DNA of 63,277 nucleotides, counting the filler, from Sphacelaria rigidula (taxonomy: Eukaryota): the NCBI GenBank assembly GCA_964200075.2. It is 10 parts of 10 records of this genome, joined end to end, with 100 filler letters (N's around TTAATTAATTAA, not from the genome) between each part and the next. Parts side by side here need not be neighbours in the genome. Positions count along the whole stretch, not along the records: positions 38,030 to 44,266 come from CAXNAA020021314.1; positions 44,367 to 50,603 come from CAXNAA020021315.1; positions 50,704 to 56,940 come from CAXNAA020021316.1; 7 more parts are not named here. One strand, given 5' to 3'. The position numbers were made by a program, and so were the translations under genes. Below, piece by piece: positions 40,023-51,076 of this stretch (the first letter of the stretch is position 1; the number at the start of each line of letters is the position of its first letter). The notes beneath the pieces are model-generated. The model made no database searches. It had not been told where the DNA came from and saw nothing but the letters and a program-made list of their open reading frames with translations.

Positions 40023-42700
40023 CTATTTTTTGGGATGCCATTTTGAAGTACAGTCGGGAAGCTTACATGGTATTTGTGAGGAGGCAGCATGACCGGGGGG
40101 AAGCGGCCCTTGAGGCTATCGCCAATGTCGGCGTTGTGTGCATACGCGGCGGTTGGTGGGGGTCCCACGTTTGGCGAAAATATTTGTGTTCCATCCTTGT
40201 AAGTGTGCTAATGGTAAGTATTGCAGTGTCCGTTATTTGACAGGAGGGTGAGTAGCCACGCGCCTCCCTCGTTCACTCAGGCGATTCCGAGGCGAGCGTC
40301 ACCAAGAGACACAGTGGGACTTCTCCAGCAGCGGGTTCGGGGGAAGGCGGGGTTGTTATACCCATACGACCGCAACGTTGACAGTTCATTCGTGAAGGAA
40401 AACGCATTCTTCGTAGTGCCCGGCCTGCCGAATCAGTCGCCACTCGCACAAGTCGCTTCATTCGCACACTCGGTGAAACTAATGACATGTGGGGGGATTT
40501 CCAAGTTTCTCGAAAACAAAGGTACGAGATTCCCGTAACAGAGATGAGCAACAAACACGTGGGAACAGATCGACACCTAGATTCCACCAAGAACCTCTGG
40601 GTGCACTTTACGTTTACTAGCTGTCACACGTCGGACAGATCACTCTCTGTGGGACCCAGGTCATACGAGTGGAGTGTGAATACAATTATGTACACGATTC
40701 GAATGACAGGTCAACTAGTCGTTCACTGGTCCTCCTTTTGCTGTGTATCATCGATCACGATGGAGGTACCTTGTACGAGTTATGAGGATACAAACGTCAT
40801 CGACGTTTCGAGTACACCTGATTCGGAGTAAAGTAGATAGGTGTGCCCAAGGAGGTGATGTACGGATAAACAGAGTATACCAATCACCTATGGCAGACTT
40901 GTACCATTACTCTGGTCATACGGATCACCATCAGGCAGACTTGTACGAGTCACACGGTTCATACAGATCATTCATCACGCCATAGGTGCAAAGCAACCGG
41001 GTTCTATAGGTAACTACACGAGAAATGTGCATGCGTTAAACGGGTGATACGGAAACCGATCAATCGCCGATCGTGAAGGTCATACGGTTGATCGTCGAGC
41101 AGGCTTGCGGGAGGCACCCATGCTTCATCAACGCCGGCAATGTACAGTACACGCCAATGACTCTCCCCTCCGGAAATTTCCGTCAGACGCTGGGCAAGCA
41201 ACGTCATGATGTGTCAATTGAGCGTATAGCTGTATCTTCTTACTTATTTTTGCCGCCGCGCATGAGTGTGCACCCTGGACGAGGAAATACGAAAGTAGCC
41301 CTCACTGCCGCTTGCGCAACAGAACATACTATATCATGTATGCAGATCACGATCAATATTCCTCACCACTACTACTACTACTACTACTGCTACTACTACC
41401 GAAGTGAAGAAGTCCAACTTCACATACATTGGGCTAGCCTCCTAATACTGCTGGCATTGTCGCGCGAAAAAGTACCTGGCGGCGAGAATTTGTCGAGATA
41501 ATTGTTTCGGACACGGAGGTTCCCCCCCCCTGCCCTCTCGGATGGCATTTTTGCGACAATTGTCATGATCTATTTATTGTTTTGCTATTTTAAGTGATTT
41601 TTTTCTTTTTTGTTGAATTTGTTGAAATAAATTGATAAAAAAAACACTGACAAAAACAGAAAATTACGGCGGGTTTTGCGAAGTTCGTATACTTGCTTCT
41701 GCTCCTTGCCCGCCCTGTCCCGATGACCTCGGATGCTGGCAACGCTCACACACATTTCCAATTTTCGAATTGGTTGTTGACTCAGGGTATTCCAGATTCA
41801 GCATTAGATTTCTGTGACAGAAAACACCCTCGTATTTTCAAAATACTTGAAAAAACGAGGAAAATGTTTCGAAAAACTGCTCCAAACATGACGCACCCAC
41901 ATGGAGTACAGCGTAGTACACTGAACACAAAACATCCTGCAGTCGTATGTTACAGATTTATTAGTCATTGTACAGTCGATTAGGTTCCCATGTGTCATAC
42001 TTTGTCATGCTTGGTACCTGATGGGTCATACTGTATTGTGTTCGGCGCTCGTGATGTTTTTCTTTGACCATGCGCAGGTAGGATATCCGCAGGGCTTTGT
42101 CTGTTGCGCTGCCTGTACTCATCATGCTTGAGCAGGATTCCGCTTGTAATCGTTCCATCTATCTGGTTCGCAAGGCCGAAACGCCGAATTTACCGCCCGG
42201 CACACGACATTTCGATCTGCGTCACGTGCTTTACAACCGAGCGATATTTTCACTGACTCCGAAGACTTTCAACGCATACTAACCGTGCCCTCTATTACTT
42301 CCTCCCTTGTTTCACCTACACTCTTGCCTTGGGTATGTCACATCCCGATGAGGGGACCGGCGCTGAACGTGATTGCTTTGGGGAGGACACGCAGGAAACA
42401 ATGAACGGTTTGCTCATGACGGTATGTTCCGGCGTGGAGTGTCAGCAATCTGGCTTGGTATAGCTAATCCCGTGTACCTTTTTATAGGATTCTGGTGGCA
42501 GGGTTATTGCCTTGGTGTCACTTGACATGATCTCCATTTTTATCCCACTCTGGTGATCGATTGTATAAGTTTTCTATTCAACAGGTTGACTTCTTGACGC
42601 ACCCTGTACCGTAGTTGACTACTACCTTGTCCCTTGCTGATACCGTAGTTGGATGCTACTTTGTTCAGGTGCTTTGAACTTGGCTTTCGATGCCATGCAA

Positions 42701-42919
42701 CCAAATATATTCTCGTGCAATGTCTTGTCGTTACTTATGCAGTACGCAGACTTAGTTGCCCTGCTTTATGTTTTTGCCCTTCATGTCTAGCGTACCACGC
42801 AAGGTGACTGCCAAATATTTTCGTGAAATGTCTTGTTATTACTCATGCAGTACGCAGACTTAGTCGCCCTGCTTTATCCTTTTGCCCTTTATGTCTAGCG
42901 TACCATGCAAGGTGACTGC
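42701..42919. repeat. 110-bp tandem duplication
   Basis: ccaaatat...cagtacgcagacttagt.gccctgctttat...aaggtgactg at 42701 and 42811. Confidence 0.9.
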
Positions 42920-44393
42920 GCGACTACATACCGTGTCTTTGACATTTCCTGCAGACCCTACATATGGTTTTCAGACACTCATTCCGCCGATGTGGTTGCT
43001 GAACCCCCTCGGTGGGGGCGAAGCACGAGTTCCATATTTTTTGCTGGTTGTTGTCTCGCGTGCACACCCTTTGCCACAAACAACGCGGCTTCCCACCATG
43101 AGAACGCTGCATGATCAGAAAAGAAATGCACAAGCTTCTTGACCGAGGTGTTGCTCACCCAAATTTCCCCGGCAAGGTTTGTCGACTACACGGTTTTATG
43201 TTCAGTAAAATTCGTCTAGTTCGCCAAATATATTTTTACTGCAGGGTCTCACAGGTTCCTTAGCCCGTTAATCGATAATACCGGCATACAACCAGCCCCC
43301 TCCAAATGCAACGCAAATGCTCAGACGTCACGTTCATACAATCGAAAAACCACGTTCGTTTCTAAAGCCACCAGGTACCTTGGACAGTTTGTCCAGGAGC
43401 GTAGCATTCTAGTTGCCCTGCTGACCGATATTCTGAATAAGTAGGAAAGCCAACAGTATTGCTGCACGATGTAGGTAAACGCGCGCTCTCCTTTTGCTGT
43501 CAAACTCTTGTGCGGTACAACTGCAGCAAGACTTCACCACCACAATCCGGTCGTCTCATGGTGGCTCAGCTAGGATATGGCATACGAACTAGGCTCTCGC
43601 CCAATGAGCATCAATGTACAACTCATGCGTGTGAGGGGATGTTTCTTGTCATTTTGGTGCTTTGTCTCGGTATATTTAGTACAACGTACCTCATTATTAT
43701 ATTTTTACTCAGCATGCCTTGTCTATTTTATTTTCGCCATGATTATGTCTACAGTTTCACAGGATTCGAGAACCTAGGGGAACGGCTGCTGAAAAGGTTA
43801 CAGAATTGTACAAATCTTGGCCCCAGAGAGAGTACGTTTCACGCCCACTCTTGCGCAATCGTACCCTACCCGACGACCCGACGCCATGCTACCGTCTGAC
43901 ACATTCTCCTTCGAGCTCTGGACTGGTCGTAAACATTACACACGTACCACCGCTGTCTCAATAGCAAGAACTTCCTTCCATATCCGCCCACCCCATCCGA
44001 AACGTCTCATCCCCGAAGTGTTTGCGTCACACCTTGAGGGGGACCAAACTGGAACGCCACACCCGCATTCCACCTGACCCCTGAATTTGTGTCGTGTCGG
44101 ACTGCATTGCCTGTATCTATCACCATGTTGGATTGTCAAGAACTCTACGTTGTTTCAGGCACTGACGGGTGGGGAAAAGGGAAAGACTTCAAAAGGGGGG
44201 GGGGGGGGGGTACTCATTTGTTTCGGCCATGAAATTTATTCCGCGGGCTACTGTAATCTGCCTATTNNNNNNNNNNNNNNNNNNNNNNNNNNNNNNNNNN
44301 NNNNNNNNNNTTAATTAATTAANNNNNNNNNNNNNNNNNNNNNNNNNNNNNNNNNNNNNNNNNNNNGGGGGGTTTGTGTTGGTGTGGTGGTGT

Positions 44394-44428
<35 letters not shown>

Positions 44429-45789
44429 GGCGCAGGAAAGTACTGAGACGGCGAAAACGTTACACTGGTGAAGTTATCCCGGTACACAATATCGAAGGCA
44501 AAGGTCAAAAGAGTAGAACCACGAGGAGCACGGGAATAGCGAAACGTTGGGAGCATTGTGTTTTATCTACACCTGTTCTATGCAAGCAGTTCGATTCGAA
44601 AGCCCGGAGAATACAAAGCGCTCGACTCGCGCACACATAGACACAGACACCGAAACAGCTGTACCTCGGACAGTGTGTGTTTAGTAGGCTCACATACAAC
44701 TACGACAAACGTTGTCGGGGGAAACGGTCTCTCGACTTTGGCGGGGAGGGGAATCTGCAGATAGTATTACAGAGAACGAAGCGGAAACTCCTGGAGAGTT
44801 GAAGCGCGTGTGCGTATCGCCCGCCATCAGCAGAAGCTACTACTAAGTTTCTTTTGGACCTCCGAATCGTGCTACAGGTCGATCCTGCCAGCAACATGGA
44901 ATCTTCGTCACAGGCGCCGCCGACTGGATACGCCTGCCACCCGCTGGCGGAATTGGTGGTGAAGCTTTCCGTGCAGGTTACATGGGAGTATGATCCTCGA
45001 ATGACGCGTGGTGTACACCGTCGATCGGTGACGTCGGGAATCGAGAATGGTTCGTTTTTTATGGGCTTTTTCCAGGACTCGGCGGCATCCACGAACCGCA
45101 ATCAATGCCACTTTCGCGAAAAACCTAAGTGGATAATATGGGGGGACAGACATGATCTAGGGCGAGCAAGCAGAGAGTCTTACATAAAAGTTGGTCTCGT
45201 CCCTTCAATGTCAAGGATAATGCTTCCGACGTAACAAGCTGGAAATAAGAGCCCCCGCCATTGTCTGTGCTGTTGGGACGCGTTTCGGACGCGACGATTG
45301 GAGTAGTACGATTAGTTCGTACGATTCCATACGGCTGGATCATGTGATAAGCCACTATCACCAACACCTGCGCTATGCATGGTTGATTGGCAGGGGACAC
45401 GACCTTGTTTGTAGGACATCTTCGACTGCTCACAATACACATTGATAAGTCAGTTGATTGATACTTGCACCCGATACTTTCCCACTACTACGTTCGTATT
45501 GATCTAATCGTGGCTTGTTTTCTTCTTCGTCTTCTCTTCGATCGGTTCCTCTCTTACCCCTCCTCATGCTGCCTGAACCAATAAACAGCTGCACCTCTCC
45601 TCTGGTTTAGAGGACATTTTAAAAGCTATGGCACCGTGGAAAAACTTTCGAGACAGGTTTGTGCTTGTGGGTGCCTTTGTGTATGTGCTCGTATTGTACC
45701 CACACGCAAGTATCTCGCAAGATCACGGTTGGTGATGCCGAGCAATCGACCAACCCTGTTGATACGTCCGATCCTTTCAGTCGTGAGTT

Positions 45790-45900
45790 GCACGGTTACT
45801 CTTTGGAATTTTCTGAAAGCATCACCGACTGCGATTGCCCTCATGCGTATGTAATGATGAAATATCTATCCTTGTAGAGCGTCAAAACCCAGAGTAAGAA
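45790..45900 (-). pseudogene. Possible non-LTR reverse transcriptase fragment (CRE/NeSL-like domain 2)
   Basis: LTLYKD...RMRAIAVGDAFRK resembles the K...RPIAVGE.LRR motif; very short and decayed. Confidence 0.3.
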
Positions 45901-46001
45901 GCTCCGGTATGCGCCCTTTTGCTTCGAATGAAGGTGATCGTTGCTAGCGAGATCTCTGCACATGTTCGTTGAACATACAACACACACATACATACACACA
46001 A

Positions 46002-46690
46002 GCCGCCGCGGCCCGGTGGTCCACTGGTCTGACTGATAACATTAGGGTGGAGATAACGTGGTTTCGGTTCCCGCCAGATGTGTTCGGTTGTTCTTCAAAG
46101 TCTCTGATTTCCACCATCGAAGGTGTGGGGATGTGAACAGAAAAAAAAAAGTTGACTGAGTTTATTCTACGACAGAAGAAAGAGGTTCAACTCAAAAGCA
46201 TGGCAACTGATCTTTACATGGACGACCTCATCCCTCCCGACCTCTCTAAGACTATTTCGGGGGGCTTCCAGTCTTCCGTTTGCCCAAAGGCTATGTGCGA
46301 GAGCACATTTTTGCCTCGATTTCGGGGTGAAAAAAGGGACCTATTTTGGCCCCAAAAAAAGTCCTTTCGCACATACCCTTCGCGGGGAGGGGAGACTAGA
46401 AACCCCCCCGAAATAGTTTTAGGGAGTTCGGGAGGGATGAGGTTGTCCATGTGAAAGTCACGTGTCATGACTTTAGGTCCAGGGAAGCACGGCCTTTGAG
46501 TTGAACCTCATTTGTTTTTCAACCCCATTTCTGAGAATTCGCTGTTGATCGCTGATGCGGTGCGGGAAATCCGAACCCATCCGCGAGACCAATAAGCGGG
46601 GCGTGTACTGGGGAGAGATAGGTTGATCCCTTGAGAGCGCATTCTCGTCCGGAGGAAGGGAAATGACCTAGAGTGTGACAATATACATAC
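46002..46690 (+). mobile_element. Degenerate SINE split by a MITE
   Basis: Head gccgccgcggcccggtggt and body atccgcgagaccaa match the 30722 family; ends gtgtgacaatatacatac. Confidence 0.65.
46182..46509. mobile_element. MITE with GAGGTTCAACTCAAA termini
   Basis: Perfect 15-bp TIRs plus an internal inverted repeat of about 50 bp; no clear TSD. Confidence 0.8.
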
Positions 46691-46842
46691 AGAGGTAAAC
46701 AAAAATCCGCTGTAAAAATCGGTTCACCTGATAATATCATTATTGACTGTAGCAAAGTATCCATGTATTTTCTATGCCGCTCGATCTACGTCTCCCCGAG
46801 TTTGACGCAATCGAAGATGTACAGCGCTGGGCATGGGCGATT

Positions 46843-46889
<47 letters not shown>
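46843..46889. repeat. (TTG)n microsatellite
   Basis: Direct observation. Confidence 0.95.
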
Positions 46890-47211
46890 ATCGTCTTCAC
46901 ATCAAAAACCGTTCCGATATCTGCGCGGTACACTCGTACTGGGCATCTGATGCGGACGCCTTCCATGGTCACAGGGTAGCAAAAATATTTTCGACGCGGA
47001 CTTCAAAGGAGGCAAGTACACACCATATAGTCGGTGCTTATTTTCAAGCGCGATACCTACACGTGCGGGTCTTCCTGCCATTGCATCGTGCAGTACCATC
47101 ACTCCATCGACTCTGAACGGGAACTAAATTGAAGGGGGGTACGTCTGCACGTGTTGCACGTTCAGCGTGATGGGCCTTATAAAGCGGCTACTATTGTTTC
47201 ACATGCGGTAG

Positions 47212-47274
47212 GTTGTATGGACCACAAGAGGAGGAGCTGCCAGAAGAGTCCCTCGATCCTCGAGAGTATGCAAG
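47212..47274 (+). CDS. Internal exon of an unidentified host gene (LYGPQEEELPEESLDPREYA)
   Basis: tag| acceptor and AG|gtaggt donor, 63 nt, phase 2-2, joins in frame to the exon at 48430. Confidence 0.55.
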
Positions 47275-48429
47275 GTAGGTGAAACATAATTAGTCGAAGA
47301 AACTTCCGGCGTCGTGGCTATATATGCACGTCCGGCGGCTTTCCCTTTTTCACCGAAAGGAGTCGACTCTGCTACGTTTTGTTTCTGTCAATCGTTCCTG
47401 AAGAGTACGACGCGAATCGGGAAGACAGACGTCAGAAAGTAGCGGCGTGACTGTCAGCGGGTCCCTCGGCGTATTTAGTCCAGATATTAACATTTATTGT
47501 ATTTTCTACATTCAAATTTCACATTATAACTCAAACAAAAAGATAAGGCATTCCAATACTAGGTGGCCGTCTGATACCTGATACCACAGTTGCAACATCA
47601 TTTATTCCAGATGCCCAGTTTACGATTCTATCTCATCATATACATGGCCGAAATAGCTGAGCCGCAATCTGTTCCCCACGCCCGTTTTTTTCACTTGGAC
47701 ATGAGTGTATGTGCTTGTTTTGCGCAAATTTTCCATGCAGAGGCCGGCCAATTCTAGTGGGTTTTTCCGTTGTTTGCTTGATTTTTCGTTTGTTTTGACT
47801 GTTGTTTTGGCTGCGTCCCTTGCGGTTCAATCGACGTGCAACAATCAATCAGTCGACCACGTTCGGAATCATGCTGCGTATGAAATATCATCAGCTGCTG
47901 TTGACGCTTACCTATATTCAAGCCCATTGCGTCATACTTTGTCATCGGAGTTGCACTTGGTTGCAAATTAATGATGAAAACCGATTTTGAGACGATTGGG
48001 GGCGGACAGGCAACGTGGAACCAATATGGTCTAGGTACAGGTGACACGATTGATCGCATTGAAAACGTCTGATGAAGATATATATATATATATATGTGTA
48101 TATATTACTATTTCAAGCTACGCAAACTGTTGCGAGCTTTTCCTAACCTGGATTTTTCATCGATAGATGTTCCTACAAGAGCCCCCATGGTGCAACAACA
48201 TCGACGTCGAGCTTGAGACCCCTCACCTCACAAACAGCGGAAGCATAACGAAAGACATCCGCACAATATGTGAGAAGATGAAAGATGAATGTCGACATAA
48301 TTAATTGAACTCGGAATGTGTGTATATATATATACTGTAGCGATCGACACCTACAACCTGATGTGACGGGAATCAGTCAACCAACCAATCAAGGAATCAA
48401 TCAAGGAATCGATCAATCAATACCTGCAG

Positions 48430-48670
48430 GAATGTTGTCGAAGAAATTCAAGATAACGCTGCCAAGTTGCGACAAGTTCCATCCATGGGGTTCGACACCC
48501 TGAAGCCTATCCTCGAAGAGTGCGGTCGGAGCGACGTCGGCACGCTGGGTGAGCTGTCGGCAAGAGCCACGTCAGCACTGGAGGAAAGGATCAAGGCTGC
48601 GGCGGAAGGAGGCGCGCTCAGCAAGTTCGGCGAAAAAGCGGCCAGATTGATATTTAGGATGGCTGATAAG
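48430..48670 (+). CDS. Internal exon of the same gene (NVVEEIQDNAAKLRQ...FGEKAARLIFRMADK)
   Basis: ctgcag| acceptor, AAG|gtgatg donor, open and GC3-rich, phase 2-0, helical-looking peptide. Confidence 0.65.
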
Positions 48671-48989
48671 GTGATGACCAAAAAAGGAAACAGCACACAG
48701 TATATTGTTGTTTAGCTGGCGGGTACCCATTTGATATTTGTTTTCATCGGATGCTTTTTAGTGTCAAGTGAATGCGCTGTTGGACAACTCGGGCGTTTGT
48801 TGGGTTGTTTGACCACTTCTTGTGAGAACGGAGAAGAATGTAACTGAATGGTACTCATTGCGATGTTCGACCACCTTTTGTGGCGTGAAAAAAGACGGTT
48901 GGACGGAATATGCCTCCTCGGGACGGCTAGCAATACCCAGAGTATTATGCTGCATTGTGACCTTTTTCGTATACGCGAGCACCTTACGA

Positions 48990-49420
48990 TGAAACAACAT
49001 TGCGTCCATTGGGCTGTGTAGATATGTCTTCATTCCTATCCCCTCTCTCAACCTCCCGTATATCCTCAGGTGCTTTTCCTCATCTACTTTTCGTCTGAGC
49101 GCTTCTTTTTCCCTTACTTCTATTATGCCTTTTAATTTTGTCTTGTGCCCGCCGCGTTCACCTATGGACTGCATTTCGTCTTCGTTTCCTCCCATGTCCT
49201 TCCATACTTTCTCTACTGCGCAATCCCACCTAATTCCAGTCTGCCCTTTCGTCATTTTCTTCCATACAGCGCTATCAACTATGGCTGACAATCTCTTTCT
49301 TGGCATACTCCCTACGCTATATTGCCATTTCAATTTCCTCAGGTCTCTATTTGTTTCAAGTGGTTATATTCCCAACTCTGCTCTCAATGTTGTTCTATTA
49401 TTACTATTATTAGCCCAATC
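48990..49420 (-). mobile_element. LINE ORF2 C-terminal fragment
   Basis: LRAELGI.PLETNRDLRKLKWQY...LRIYGRLREGIGMKTYL, a typical post-RT region. Confidence 0.7.
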
Positions 49421-49759
49421 TCGCGAACCCGTGGTCACAGACGTAGGCTCGCCTTTCCAATACCGTTTCCTGATCTTTCTTACAAGACACATCACCAAAA
49501 AATAAAAACAAGAAGAGAGATGCTATGAAAACCGGTGAGAAGTAGCTCCCCCGAGTTCAACGGAGAGAGAAAAGAAAGAAAGAAAGAAAGAATGAAAGAA
49601 AGAATGAAAAACATACAAACAGCAAACGCCAGATCTGTCAAAAATGTACACGGAAAGAAAGGAAGAGCGAAGACAACAAAGGACAAAACAGAAAAAAAGA
49701 CAGGTGACACAAGGAGATTAGTATGGCCACCATGTTCGGGTTCAACATAAAAAAACAGA

Positions 49760-50603
49760 CATCCTCATAGACGACTACCACAGCCGTTCGGAGAACGGCG
49801 GCAGCGAGTGTGTTGCCCGAATGGACTACAGGTTACTTTTTGAAGGCCCTCGGTCGGCACTGGGGGAGCTCAAGAGGCAGTACAGCCAACAACTCCTTAG
49901 CTTGGCATGCGTTGGTCCAAGCCGTCATGTACAAGCTAGCCCCTACCTTTACAACTCGAGACCATTCGGACACATCTTGGGCAACCTGCGTCCACGATAT
50001 CGCGTGTATCCCGAAGTATGAGCAGTAGCCGGTGATACAATGTTGTAGGCGCCTTGCGGGTCGGCCTACCCTCCTATCCCCTTCAACCATCACTCCATGC
50101 ATAACTATGTTGGGGAGGCGGTCATCGTGCATGCGCACAACGTGGCCGGCGTGTAAGAGGGTCCGCTTCATCACGGTGGCCTCAATGCACTCGCAGTTGG
50201 TTCGTTCGAGGACTTCGTGGCACGGCAGCATGTGGTAGTCAGGGGCGCTGCGGCTGGAGGTATGTTTGTTGNNNNNNNNNATGCGCCGAAATTGACTTGT
50301 GCGATCGTCAAGGTCGCGCAGCCGTACAACATCATCTCGATCACTTCAGTCTTCAGGAGGCTGATCTTGGTGGCCAGGGCGATGTACCGGTTGTCGTGGA
50401 CCGCTTTGCTGTACTTGTACAAGCACGCCCAGGCCTGGCCAATGCGGCTATGGATCTCAGGTATGACAGCACCGATGCTGCTGATTCTCCTGCCAAGGTG
50501 AAGAAAAGATTCAACTTGCTTGTATCGTTGGCCAGCTGCCTCCACCTCGACCCTATCCACTTCCATTCCTGGGGAGCGCATGTGCATGGTTACCGTCTTC
50601 TTT
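49760..50603 (-). mobile_element. RTE-like LINE 3' fragment (RT thumb and C-terminus)
   Basis: QVESFLHLG, EIHSRIGQAW, MLYGCA and LLHAGHVVRMHDDRLP...GRP motifs; frameshifted. Confidence 0.8.
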
Positions 50604-51076
50604 NNNNNNNNNNNNNNNNNNNNNNNNNNNNNNNNNNNNNNNNNNNNTTAATTAATTAANNNNNNNNNNNNNNNNNNNNNNNNNNNNNNNNNNNNNNNNN
50701 NNNCACCTCCAAAGGGTGCGGTGGTAAAGGGTCAAACCCACTGGCCAACCACCCAAGGAGGCCCCCCCCCCCCCCCCCCCCCCTGTGATGACCCTGCTGC
50801 AGCAGCATTCTCTCTGTCGCCTGCTAACTCCACGACTGATGTTTCAGTCCACTCTGACCCACGTGCCCATATGCGACCGAGATACAATTATGATGTTCAT
50901 CTATCTCTCACATGGTCACGGCCTAAGGTTACCTTTGCTGTTTAATTGATGCAGGGTGCTGCTGGACTGGTTAACTGGTCTCCGTGAAGAGGTTTGTGAC
51001 AGTGTGGATCGCAGTAGCAGAAGCACCAGCGGTACGACCGCGGCTTTGTACCTTCTCTAGTGCAGTCGTGGAGGGG

